Source: Octopus sinensis | Taxonomy: Eukaryota | Assembly (NCBI RefSeq): GCF_006345805.1 | Contig: NC_043006.1 | Span: forward strand, 67,766,001-67,830,000 | Direction: 5' to 3' | DNA: 64,000 nucleotides | In this document: one piece after another, positions 10,876 to 24,000 of the stretch | Layout of the letters: every line of letters starts with the position of its first letter | How positions within the stretch are numbered: position 1 is the stretch's first letter | The notes under the pieces: generated by a model | What the model saw: the letters and a program-made list of their open reading frames with translations, nothing else | What the model was told of the DNA's origin: nothing | Database searches by the model: none | Translations under genes and position numbers: made by a program

Positions 10876-13144
10876 AGCTGTATAGAAAGCATCCAGTATA
10901 CTTTGTAAAGTGGCTAGCATTAGGAAGGGTATACAGCTGTAGAAACCATGCCACAACAAACAATGGAACCTGGCCTTGCCAGCATTGAAGACAAACATTA
11001 AATGATGATGATGATTGGTTGGGATTTTATTCTTTACCCTCAGCTTTGGTCCTTCTCTTCCACGTATCTGCTATATCTGTGATGAAACATTTTCTGTTTC
11101 CTTCTCAGTTTTGCCAATCATTGCTTTGCTGTCTTTCCTTAACCTCATGTCAGCCAGGCAGGACATTGTGAATCTAACTACAAACCCACAACTGTCCACC
11201 TCAACTGGAAGCACTGTACACTCCCATCCTCATGCCTCCTTACGCAATTCTCTTGGTCCTTCATATTCTGTGTCACTTCTTTTCATGTGCCCACTTCATA
11301 TTGCCTTCTCCAAGACATCATCAGATCAACAATCCAGGCTGATCATGTTTATAGAGTTAGCAGGTTGCTTTCTCATTGCAGTTTGGGGACATAAATCACC
11401 ACACCAATATTCACCATCCATTTTCCATGCTGGCATGGGTTGGCTGGTTGAACAGGAACCCACAAACCAGAGTGCTGCACCAAGTTCCAGTGTCTGCTTT
11501 GGCATGGTTTCTATGGGTTGGATGCCCTTTCTAAATGCCAACCACTTCACAGGGTGAAGTAGTGTCTTGCTCAAGGTCACAGCGCACTGCCAGGAATCAA
11601 ACTCACAATCTTATGGTCATGAGCCTGATACCTTGACCACCAGGCCATGCACCTCCACTACATATATACATACATACCTCATAAATAAATTGTACCTGAA
11701 TCCCCTCTAGAACTACATTGAGTGTATGCATGTCTATGGGGTACTCAGCCACATGCACGTTAATTTCATGAGCAGGCTGTTCTGTTGATTGAATCAACTG
11801 TAACACCTGTCGCAACTGATGGAGAGTCAGCCCAATTCACAGGGTACCTTTTATATGTTAAAAGCACTAGAGGAGTGGCTGTGTGGTAAGTAGCTTGCTT
11901 ACAAACCACATGGTTCCGGGTTCAGTCCCACTGTGTGGCACCTTGGTCAAGTGTCTTCTACTATAGCCTCAGGCCGACCAACGCCTTGTGAGTGGATTTG
12001 GTAGACGGAAACTGAAAGAAGCCCATCATATATTTGTATGTGTGTATATATATGTGTATATGTGTGTGTGTATATATATATATAATGCGTATGTGTATGT
12101 TTGTGTGTCTGTGTTTGTTCCCCCAACATCGCTTGACAACTGATGCTGGTGTGTTTACAACCTGTAACTTAGCAGTTTGGCAAAAGAGACCGATAGAATA
12201 AGTACTAGGCTTACAAAGAATAAGTCTTGGGGTCAATTTGCTTGACTATAAGCAGTGCTCCATCATGGCCACAATCAAATGACTGAAACAAGTAAGAGTA
12301 AAAGAGTAAGTAACTGACAAGGCAAAACCCACCAATGGAGGTGGAGTGTAGCATTGAGCTGGGAAGGGTGGCTTTATGTCAAGTGAGGGGAAGTTAAAGT
12401 ATAAGAGAGACAGGTATGGGCATCTTGGTGTTGATAAGGTACATGGTGACCCCAGCTGGAAAAGAGAAAGAGAGGAGATTGTGGTGTGTCAGGGTGTACC
12501 TTCAAGTTACTTGAATACAAGTCATACAAAGGATTGGACAGGGTGAATGGGTAGAGAAGTTCACAAGAGTATGAAAGGAGAGTGAGAGATAGAGAGGAAG
12601 GGGAATGCAGTGAGTGATGAACACGGGAGGGGGGACCTCTTACAAATTTACTGATACCTTGTAGTCATTAGCTCCATGCAGAATTTTTGAGTATCTGCTG
12701 TTTGTACTTCTGTATTGTCCTTCCTCATCCTTCTTGCAGAAAACAGGTGCAGCTCTCTTGATTCTCACTACTTTGACATTGTTGCTCTGTTTTAGTGCAT
12801 TAGCAAGGATAGGTGCAGGTGTGGTTGTGCAGTTAAGTAGCTCACTTTGTAACCACTTGGTTCTGGATTCAGTCCCACTGCACAGCACCCTGAGCAAGTG
12901 TCTTTGCTGTAGCCCCAAGCTGACCAATTCCTCACGGTAGGAGGAAACTAAGGAAGCCTGCCATATGTATGTGTTTGTGTTTGTCGTCTCCACACCATAC
13001 TCCACTTTTTGACAACCAGTGTTGGTTTGTTTATGTCACTGCAACTTAATAGTTTGGCAGAGACTAATAGAATAAGCTCCAGACTTGAAAAGCGTTTTTG
13101 TTCTGTTTATTCATTTTCTCCATATCTCTCCCTCTCTCCTGCAG

Positions 13145-13210
13145 ATTCTAGACTCAGCTGCTACAGACCTTCTTCGGACTGGAGCTCCATATTCACCTCT
13201 TCATCTGGCA
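13145..13210 (+). CDS. ANKRD28: ANKRD28-like exon ([22 protein letters not shown])
   Basis: Pyrimidine tract plus cag acceptor, gtaagt donor, phase 0/0. Confidence 0.9.
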
Positions 13211-15485
13211 GTAAGTAAATACTTTTACTATTATTATTATTATTAAGCACGCTGGACGAAACCCATAGCAGTATTTCACCCGTCTCTTTGTTCTGAGTTC
13301 AAATTGCGCTGAGGTCAACTTTACCTTTCATCCTTTCGGGGTCGATAAGTACCAGTTGAACGCTGGGGTTGATGTAATTGACTTATCCCCCACCTCCTCC
13401 AAGCTGCCCTTGCAGCAAAAATTTGAAATAATTATTATTAAGGCGGTATTTCATCTGTCCTTACATTCTTAGGTCATCTTTGCCTTTCATCCTTTTGAGG
13501 GTTGATAAAATATGTGCCAGTTACACATCGGGGTCGATGTAATCAACTTAATTCCTCCTGCCAAATTTCAGGCATTGTACTATAGTAGAAAGGATTATTA
13601 TTATTATTATTGGCAGAATTGTTAGCATGCCTGGTGAAATGCTTAGCAGCAGTTCATCCATCTTTACAGTCCAAGTTCAAATTCCACGAAGATCAGCTTT
13701 GTCTTTCGTCTTTTCAGGGTCAATAAAACAAGTACCAGTTGAGTACTGGGCAGGGCAATGTAATCAACCAAACCCCTTCTCTCAAATTTCAGACCTTGTG
13801 CCTTATAGGAGAGTAGACTAGGAATCAAAGGGGTCCCTAGGCAAAACATGGTTGAGAACCACTCATCTAGACACACTTCTTTTCCGCTTTTTCCTTTTTT
13901 TTTTTATTTAATGTGTGCCACCTGACTAGTCCCATGCCAGTGGCACCTTAAAAGCACCATTCGAGCCTGATCGTTGCCAGTGCCACCTGACTGGCTCCCG
14001 TGCCGGTGGCATGTAAAAAGCACCATTCGAGCATGATTGTTGCCTGTGCCAGTGGCATGTAAAAAGCACCCACTAATTTCTCAGAATGGTTGGCATTAGG
14101 AAGGGCATCCAGATCAGATTGGGGCCTGGTACAGCCTCCTGGCTTGCCAGCACTCAATCACACTGTCCAACCCATGCCAGCATGGAAAACAGACACTAAA
14201 CAACGATGATGATGCTGTAGCCCTTCTACTCCTTTCTTCTTCATAATATAACTGTCCATTTGTTTTTATTCTTCTGCTTATTATTGCTACTGTTGTTGTT
14301 GTTGCAGGCCTACAATGGTCATGAACAGGCATTGAACGTTCTGCTGGGTTACATAATTAACCTCGACATCTGTGATATGAATGGTAAGTTGGATTGTCTT
14401 TTGTTTTCATGACTCAGTCATGCTCTACCACCTTCATCACTACCATCACCACACACCTGCCAAAACAGGACACATAGAATTTAATCGCTGTTGTTGTTTA
14501 ACCCAGGGCCAGCACTGATCCTGCAGACCTATGATTTATCTTTTACTTATTCCAGTCATTATGATAATTGTTCCTTAAGGTGGCAAGCTGGCAGAATTGT
14601 TGGAATAGAAAACTCCCATGTGCTGAGTTCAAATCCCACCAAGATTATTCACCACCTTAAAAGGTTTATTTGAACAAATTGATCCCTTGTACTTTCTTTT
14701 TTAAGTGCAGTACCTATTCTCTTCATCTCTTTTGCTGAACTCTGCCAAGTTACGTGGATGTCATCTATGGTTCCAGGTTCACTCCCACTGCCTGGCACCT
14801 TGAGCAAGTGTCTTCTACTATAGCCTTGGGCTGACCAAAGCCTTGCGAGTGGATTTGGTAGACAGAAACTGAAAGAAGCCCATCATATATATATGTGTGT
14901 GTGTTTGTTTGTTCCCCCACCACCACCATCGCTTGACAACCGATGTTGGTGTGTTTACGTCCCTGTAACTTAGCGGTTCAGCAAAAGAGGCCAATAGAAT
15001 AAGTACTAGGCTTACAAAGAATAAGTCCTGGGGTTGACTTGTTTGACTAAAGGTGGTGCTCCAGTATGGCTGCAGTCAAATGACTGAAACAAGTAAAAGA
15101 ATAAAAGAATATATATATCGTTACTATTATGCAAAAGTGTTGTGAGTCCAAAATATTGAGTTTTTTCCAGAAAACGAAAAAATAGTTTCACCATTCCATT
15201 TCTTTTTACATTAGCAATAGTTTCAGCTTAACAATAATACATTGTTGGGTGCATAAAATCGTAACTCTGTACATGTGTGATATTTTCGGTCAGAAATATT
15301 TTTGCAAAACTATCGTATGTGGGACTCATTACACTTTTGAAAAATGCTAAACATTTGTACTGCACTTTGATAATTTTCATCTGAAGCAGCTGGAGATAGG
15401 ATAGTTTGACCAAAAGAACCGACTATTGCAAGCAAAATAAAATATCAAAAACTCACATTTGGCCAAATTTGGACATATGACAGTT

Positions 15486-15535
<50 letters not shown>

Positions 15536-15809
15536 ACCGACCAGTCCATCAGATGTAGTTACACATCGCTGGTTACAATGTGTTCGCTTTGTTTTAGCCT
15601 TCGAATGACGCCACCTTGCTGGCTAAGCGAGCAGGCCAACAGAAGAAAGAGTGGGAGAAAGAGTGGTGAAAGAGTACAGCAGGGATCACCACACCCTGCT
15701 GGAGCCTCGTGGAGCTTTTAGGTGTTTTCGCTCAATAAACACTCACAACACCTGGTCTGGGAATCGAAACCACGAGTCCGCTGCCCTAACCACTGGGCCA
15801 TTGCGCCTC

Positions 15810-15855
<46 letters not shown>

Positions 15856-16249
15856 CATACATACATATATATGTATATATATTGTTGTAATTATGTTAAA
15901 CTGTCGTATGTCCAAGTTTAACCTGATGGTGCTTTTTTTATTAGGAAGCAATACTACTGTATTGCACTATTTAATAACTTTTTCTTTCAAAACTTTCTCA
16001 CTGTTCTCGGTCTGTTAATCTCGAGGTGTTTCAGACGAGTAAATACTGGCAATGGTGTAGCAACATTTGAGATTTTGTCTAAGTGAATCTAGCAGATGAG
16101 AACTAATCAAATTCACGTCCAACAAACGTAATTTGGAAAGCTCGAAACCTAGGTCCTAGATTATCCATATTTGGGTTGTACATTTATTTAATGTTCTTCC
16201 TACAGGTTAGATGAAATTTTTTATGTTCGCCACCAGCAACATTTTTGCC

Positions 16250-16326
<77 letters not shown>

Positions 16327-16407
16327 TGAAGCTTTACTATAGCGTCGTATATTATCGACTGCTATTTCCAGTAAATATTAGTGCATTGTTGTACCACTAT
16401 CTCATAA

Positions 16408-16455
<48 letters not shown>

Positions 16456-16919
16456 ATTAGTCACTGCGAAGATATATTAACCCCTTAAAGGGGTGATTTC
16501 ATCCAAGTTACACTGGTTTAATACCTTATATTGTTGAGAAATATCTCTTCAATATAGGTAGGTATATTATAAATATTGAATATTATTAAGAAAATGGAAG
16601 TTTAAATGGTTGTAAATTAATTTAACATATTTTTAATTAAGCCTACAATTGTTTCAATTTACACTCTATACAAATTACAAACCTATAGATTAAAATGCTG
16701 GCATTTTGAACATTTTGAGTAAAATATCATCAGGGCCAATGGACATTAAAGGAACTGCATGTTGATCAATTGAGATTCACCAAAATCTTTAAAATGCAGA
16801 TTTTTTATTCTATGGGTTTGTAATTTGTATTGAGCGTAAATTGAAATAATTGCAGGCTTAATTAACAATATGTTAATAGATTAATTTATATCCACTTAAA
16901 CTCTCCATTTTCTTACTTG

Positions 16920-16972
<53 letters not shown>

Positions 16973-17049
16973 TGAAGCTTTACTATAGCGTCGTATATTA
17001 TCGACTGCTATTTCCAGTAAATATTAGTGCATTGTTGTACCACTATCTC

Positions 17050-17104
<55 letters not shown>

Positions 17105-17564
17105 GTCACTGCGAAGATATATTAACCCCTTAAAGGGGTGATTTCATCCAAGTTACACTGGTTTAATACCTTATATTGTTGAGAAATATCTCTTCAATAT
17201 AGGTAGGTATATTATAAATATTGAATATTATTAAGAAAATGGAAGTTTAAATGGTTGTAAATTAATTTAACATATTTTTAATTAAGCCTACAATTGTTTC
17301 AATTTACACTCTATACAAATTACAAACCTATAGATTAAAATGCTGGCATTTTGAACATTTTGAGTAAAATATCATCAGGGCCAATGGACATTAAAGGAAC
17401 TGCATGTTGATCAATTGAGATTCACCAAAATCTTTAAAATGCAGATTTTTTATTCTATGGGTTTGTAATTTGTATTGAGCGTAAATTGAAATAATTGCAG
17501 GCTTAATTAACAATATGTTAATAGATTAATTTATATCCACTTAAACTCTCCATTTTCTTACTTG

Positions 17565-17646
<82 letters not shown>

Positions 17647-18046
17647 TGGTCAAACCGGCCAACCCATGCTAGCATGGAAAACGGACGTTAAACGATGATG
17701 ATAGTGTGTAATGTCAGAAATTATAGCATTAAGTTTCTAAAATGGCACAGCCTTGTGGCCGGTAGCATCGTCTTCATGTTAGATTGATAGCTTTTCACTT
17801 TTGTCTTTATATTCTGTCAAGGATGCTGCTTTGAACCAAGGCAAAAAGAACCACCAATTCTTCTTCGTCATCATCATCATTTAACATCCACTGGACGGTT
17901 TGACAGGGAGTGGCTAGGCAGAAGACTGCACTAGGTTTCTGTGTCTGTTTTGGTAGGGTTTTTTACAGTTGGATGCCCTTCTGAACACTAACCACCCTGC
18001 AGAGGTGTAGGACAGTGGCTATTCATGCAGTATCTTGGCTGTGGGG

Positions 18047-18091
<45 letters not shown>

Positions 18092-21000
18092 GATATATAT
18101 ATATTCACACTAAAACAGACAATGGAGTCTGGTAAGATCTTGGCCTTGCCAACTCCTGTCAAACCATCCAACCTATGCCAGCATCATGGCAAATGGATGT
18201 TAACCCTTTAGTGTTTAAACCAGCCATATCTGGCCAGAATATTATCCTTGTTTTATGTTCAAACTTATGTGATTCAGCCTCTCACACCTACCCTACAATG
18301 TCATTCTAAAGGTAAATAATCACACCATCAAAATCTTGAAGCTTTGAGACAAGGCACAAGTAATTCAAAACAACGTGAATAAATTTGAGAGAAATCTAAA
18401 CCCTAAAGGGTTAAATGATGATGATGATGGTGATATATAGAAACACATGCTCACACACTATGTATTTACATATATGCTCATGCGCACACACACACACACA
18501 CACATAAATTCTATCTCCCGTCAAACTAATTCAAAAGTCTGCTTTGCCCTTCTCCCCATTCATCATCATCATCACCATGAACTGTCCAACCTAAATTGCT
18601 CCCTGCTCAGTCCCTCCTATGTGTCTAATGATTATGTTTTTTTATTTCTCTTTCGCTCCTCCCACTCTCCTACAGGTCGCACCATGTTAGATCTGGCGTG
18701 TTTTCGGGGTCATACGGAATGTGTAAATATTTTATTACAAAACCGAGCTGGAATAGCGGTCCACGATTCAGTGATTGGCAGGACCCCCCTTCACAGTGCA
18801 GGTCAGTCTGTCACTCACTTTACTGTTGTTGTTGTTATTGTTGTTGTAGGGGTTTTTTAGTGAACTTGTGGATTAAGGTACAAAGTATACATAAGACAGA
18901 CAGGACATGGTTACAAGCAGTGTGTTTGTGTGTGTGTGAGACAGCCAGTGTATATGCATACATGCATGCATGTATGTTTGTATGTATACATGTATGAAAG
19001 CTAGTCAGTATATTACTATAACATGTGTATATGACAAGTATTCAATGCATTGTGTATGTGAAACAACCAGTATTACCATGGTATGTGTATATAAAAGCCA
19101 AGTTAGATAGTTAATGTATTGTGTGTGTGTGTACATATATATAAATACAGTGTACATTTAAACACATAAGAGGTGTCCATCATAGGATTCCTTGCACGAT
19201 AGAAGGAACAACTAAAGTCCAAGCCACTATTAGGGATAAAAACTCGTACTTATATGTACCTGTTGATGAAGACTTCGCCTAGCAAATTATTTTATTTGCT
19301 AAAAAAAAGTCAGAAACCATTGTCCAGGAGATAGATGGTAAATGTTTTTATTTTTCATTCCCTTCGAGTTTTTATCCCTAATAGTGGTTTGGACTTTAGC
19401 TGTTCCTTCTAGCATGCAAGGAATCCTATGATGGATACCTCTTATGTGTTTAAATGTATTTATATGAATAATGTATAGTCTATTGACTAAATTTTTCTAC
19501 ACGCTAGTCCACAGGTAATAAAAATTTCTAAAATCTTTATTACTCTGATATTATTAATTTTATATATATATATATATAAATCAGTGACTGTTTATGTGCT
19601 TGTGTGTGTATGTTTGTATTTCCATGTCTTGACATTGTCATTGTTGTAAATGAATACCATTCTTTTCCGATATTCTATGCAAACATTACTGACCTTGAGG
19701 AAATATTACCTTGCTTGGAAACAGGTAAGAGATGGTGATGGGAAGAGCATCCAGCTATAGAAAGATTTTACCTTAAACTGCCCAACCCATCATGCCATGC
19801 AAGCATTGAAAAGGGTCCTTCAAAATGAGGACATATGTGAGTATGTATATGTGTTGATGTGTGTGTATATATCTATGACAGCCATTTGTGTGTGTGTGTG
19901 TGTGGTGCTAGTCACCTTCTATTCATTTCTATATTACAACCTTTTAAACTGATAAAATGTGCTGTGCGTCTACTTTCAGCATACAATGGCCACACGGAAT
20001 GTCTACGGGTACTGCTACATGCTGCAGAGGATAGTTGCATAGTCGATTGTACAGATGACAACGAAAGGTAGGTTACTGCTACTCACCCCCTTCCCATAGA
20101 CATTATAAACAACCCTTCGTTTTGATTTTAAAAATACCCCATTATCATATCCAATTACTGGCCAATAATCTTGTTTCTAAATATCTACCCCTTAAATATC
20201 AACCCCTTAAATATTAACCCCTTAAGTATCAACCCCTTAAGTATCAACCTCTTAAGTATCAACCCCTTAAGTATCTAACCCTTAAGTATCTAATCCTTAA
20301 ATATCTACCTTTGTCTGCCTTCTTAGATATTTATTTTTATGACCCACATAATCCTCATGTCAGCACTCCCTGAAGTGTAATTCTAGTCTCACCAGATTGG
20401 GAGGTGGGGGAAGGGGACTTGTGAAGGCCATGGGCCCTACTCCTAACATCATTAAAAAAAAAACAATATCCACTCTCTATAGTTCGTCCCTTAAAGTAAT
20501 ATTTCCCATTATATTTCTTCTTTCCTACCATTTAATAATAATCCTTTCTACTATTAACATAAGGCCTGAAATTTTTTGTGGGAGAGGTTAGTTGAATATA
20601 TCAACCCCAGTGCTCTGCTCAACTGGTACTTATTTCATCAACTTTGAAAGGATGAGAGCAAAGATGACAAGGGCAGGATTTGAACTCAGAATGTAAAGAC
20701 AGGTAAAATGCCACCAAGCATTTTCTCTGGCATGCTAACGATTCTGCCGCCTCGCTACCTTTCCTACTATAGGTACAAGGCCTGAAATTTTGGAGGAGGG
20801 GACTAGTCAGTGACATATACCCCAGTGCTCAACTGGCACTTATTTTATCAACCCCTAAAAGGATGAAAGGCAAAGTCGACCTCGGTACATTTTGAATCCA
20901 GAACATAAAGACAGACAAAATACTAAGCACTTTGTCTGACATACTAACATTCTGCCTTCCTGAGATTCTACCAGCTCCTCACCTTAATAATAATAATGAT

Positions 21001-24000
21001 GATGATAATAATAATAATAGACCCCTAAATCAGTGTTGTTGTTGTTCAGTGGTACGACAGTAAAAAGTTATGTTATTTGTGGTTGTGTTTCAGAACACCG
21101 TTGATGTTAGCTGTTGCCAATGGCCACGTAGATGCTGTGTTAAATCTCATCACATCAGGTGCTATAGTAAACAACAAAGACATCCATGGACGGACGGCGT
21201 TACACAGAGGGGTCAGTTAACGCATGTTTTTCCTTCACTCTTTTTCCATTACACGCTTTTATCTCTTTTATTTTTTTTTGTTACAGTGAGTGGACAGAAA
21301 ACTATATGATATTTGTCTCTCTATTAATGATTTGTAGGTATATGGTATTTTGTTATGCAAACACAGTATACTTTTATAATAGAAGGAAGGTTTTTATGAT
21401 ACTTTTGGGGTATCTTCTTCTTCCATTATAATTATTCTGTTGATTCAAGGAGCTGGAAATACGAAGAATGAAGTTCTCAGGCGGGGTAAATTCAATAACC
21501 GTTTATTCACAGGTGCTACGTACAAGGGGTTTACTTTCAGTAACCATCTTCACAGCAGTGCGTAGTTAGCCTTCTCTCCCATACACGTGAGGTTCAATAA
21601 CCTCTGGAGACAATGCATGTGGTATCACAGCAGAACAAAAGTCTGCTGTGAGCTCCTGGCTTCGAAGTTTTGATTGGCGTCAGCATGAGAAGAATGAGGG
21701 GGGAAATGTCGTTGTCTTTTCCTTAAATAATGGTTGCAGGCAAGATCTTGTTTTTGTTTCATGTATGGCAATGGTTGCAGGTGAGATCTCACTGTTGTTT
21801 CAGAATGGTGCTGGCTTCTTTGTGCCTCACTACACTATAAAGTATACTGAATATTTTCATAAATCAATACCACATTCTGCTGTGTTAGCAGTGCTCTTTA
21901 CATTATTTTGTTAAGGTTATTTCTACAGATATTCTATAGAAATTATAACCAGCACTGATTTTTGCTACATTTCATATTGAGATGTCAGATGTAAACAAAC
22001 AATGAAATCAAACACAAAAACACTCATTACCCATTTATGTCTTCGATCTCATTTTTTGTTTACATCTCACATCTCCATATGAAATGTTGTAGCAAAAGTC
22101 AGTGCTGGCTATAATTTTTATAGAATATCTGTGAAAACAACCTTAACAAAATTCTCTCTATCTATCAATATACATATACTCATGTGTGTGTATATGCATA
22201 TAATATGTACATACATTTACATATAAAATATGTAGAAAACCATTGGGCCGGCAGATTTCCAAGATATAGCATCCCCGGATCATCACAGATCCTCCTCCAT
22301 GTTTAACAGTTGGAAGGAGACAGTCTGGGTCAAATGTTTCTTTTGGGCTGTTTCCACATGTATAATCGACTGGTGGTTGGAAATATGGTTAAAGGATGAC
22401 TCATCCAAGAAAATAACATTCTTCCATTGCTCTAGGGACCAATTCTGTAGATTTTTACTCCACTCTAAATGCTTTGCAACGTTTGTTTTTGAAAGTAGTG
22501 GTTTTCTGATTGCAGCCCTCCCGTGAATTCCAGCTTTGTGCAGCTCCCAGCAAACAGTTTTTGTGGAAATTGAGTTCTTGGGGTTGTCATTAAGCTCTGC
22601 AGTAATTTTGAGAATTGTACTTTTGTGATACTTTCTAACAATTCATGTAAGAGCCCGACGGTCCCTATCTGAGAGTTTTGGTTTTCTTTCGTAGTTTGGT
22701 TTCAACGAGGAGGTTTTTCCCTCTTTCTCAAAGGCCATCATTACTTTCCAGACAGTACTTTTTGATACACCATACATTTTGGCTGTTTTCGTTGGCTAGC
22801 CCCTGTCATATGAGCACCAACAATTTGACCTCTTTGAAAGTTCGATAGATCTGTCATTTTAATGAATTTTCATTAACTTTTCCTGATGGTATCTGAAAAG
22901 AAACAGCAATTTTAGCAAAACATATTAAGCATCACACAAAAAGCATAAAAATAAACAAGCTTTTGACGGTTTTATTGATATTTCAAAATTATGATGTTAT
23001 GATGCTAGGTGTTTCCATTATTTTGTCCAACCCCTATATGTATATATATATATCTCCACACACACATACAGGTACACAGTGTGCATTCATAAACTTGCAT
23101 TATTCTAAATAATTGTTGTTTTTGTTGTTGCAGGCAGCTAATGGTCACGAGGAATGTGTTGATGCATTACTGCACAATGGTGCAGAAATCACTGCCAAAG
23201 ACATCAAAGGACGCACACCTCTTCATTTTGCTGCGATGTGTGGACATGTGGGCATCCTAGGTACATTATTACAGGTATGTCATTTGGCTTTGGTGGGGAT
23301 TGGGCAGCTTCTATGCTGAAGTGTTAAGAAGAGGAAAGAGCATTTGGGGTTGTTGCTATGTTTGTGTTACGGCCACTGGATTTGTTTGTGCATGTGTGTC
23401 AGGTATGTGTGCGTGTTCTGAGTATGTATCCATTGATGTGTGAATACTGCTGTGTGTGTGTGTAAGTGACTGCTGCAATTGTAAGTTGTTGCCAAACTGA
23501 TTTAACATTTCTTATCCCAGTGGACACTAAAGGGCATGAGTGTCACAACATCACATCTCCCCTTCTTTATAAACAATTAAACAACTCTGTATCTTGTGTA
23601 CAACACTATACCTGTCCCCCAAATTTTACATTTGTGGTGGTGGTGGTGGTGTAGGTAGCATCTATCTGTCTAGTACCACCTCCATCACTACCACCCATTT
23701 TATGTTTACAGAAAACTGACTCACCCCCTCTCCCATATCCCACTATTCATATAGTGTGCGTGTGTGTGTGTATACATATCTATCTATATATATAAATATA
23801 CTGTCATACAAAGTTCCATTGAATAAAATATATTTGCGTAAAGCCATATGTAACATGTTTGAATGCATTCAGACATGATAAGTCCTTTCCCTGTGAACAT
23901 AGTCCTAGAACAAGATTCTCCTCTTAGACAACATGTGTAAGGTTATATTTTGAGCTGTGACTGACATCATTAGATCGTAGCACAAAGTGAAAAGATGCAG

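Noticed and set aside
11015-11557. 180-aa ORF
   Set aside because: It runs through LINE/SINE debris, has no recognisable domain and does not start with ATG.
1-13144. Upstream ANKRD28-like exons
   Set aside because: I found no ankyrin-coding segment with splice sites. The region appears to be one large intron, although a small exon could have been missed by eye.
21439-21833. Possible solo LTR (TG...CA, GC-richer, minus-strand AATAAA)
   Set aside because: No target-site duplication was identifiable and there is no second copy in the window.
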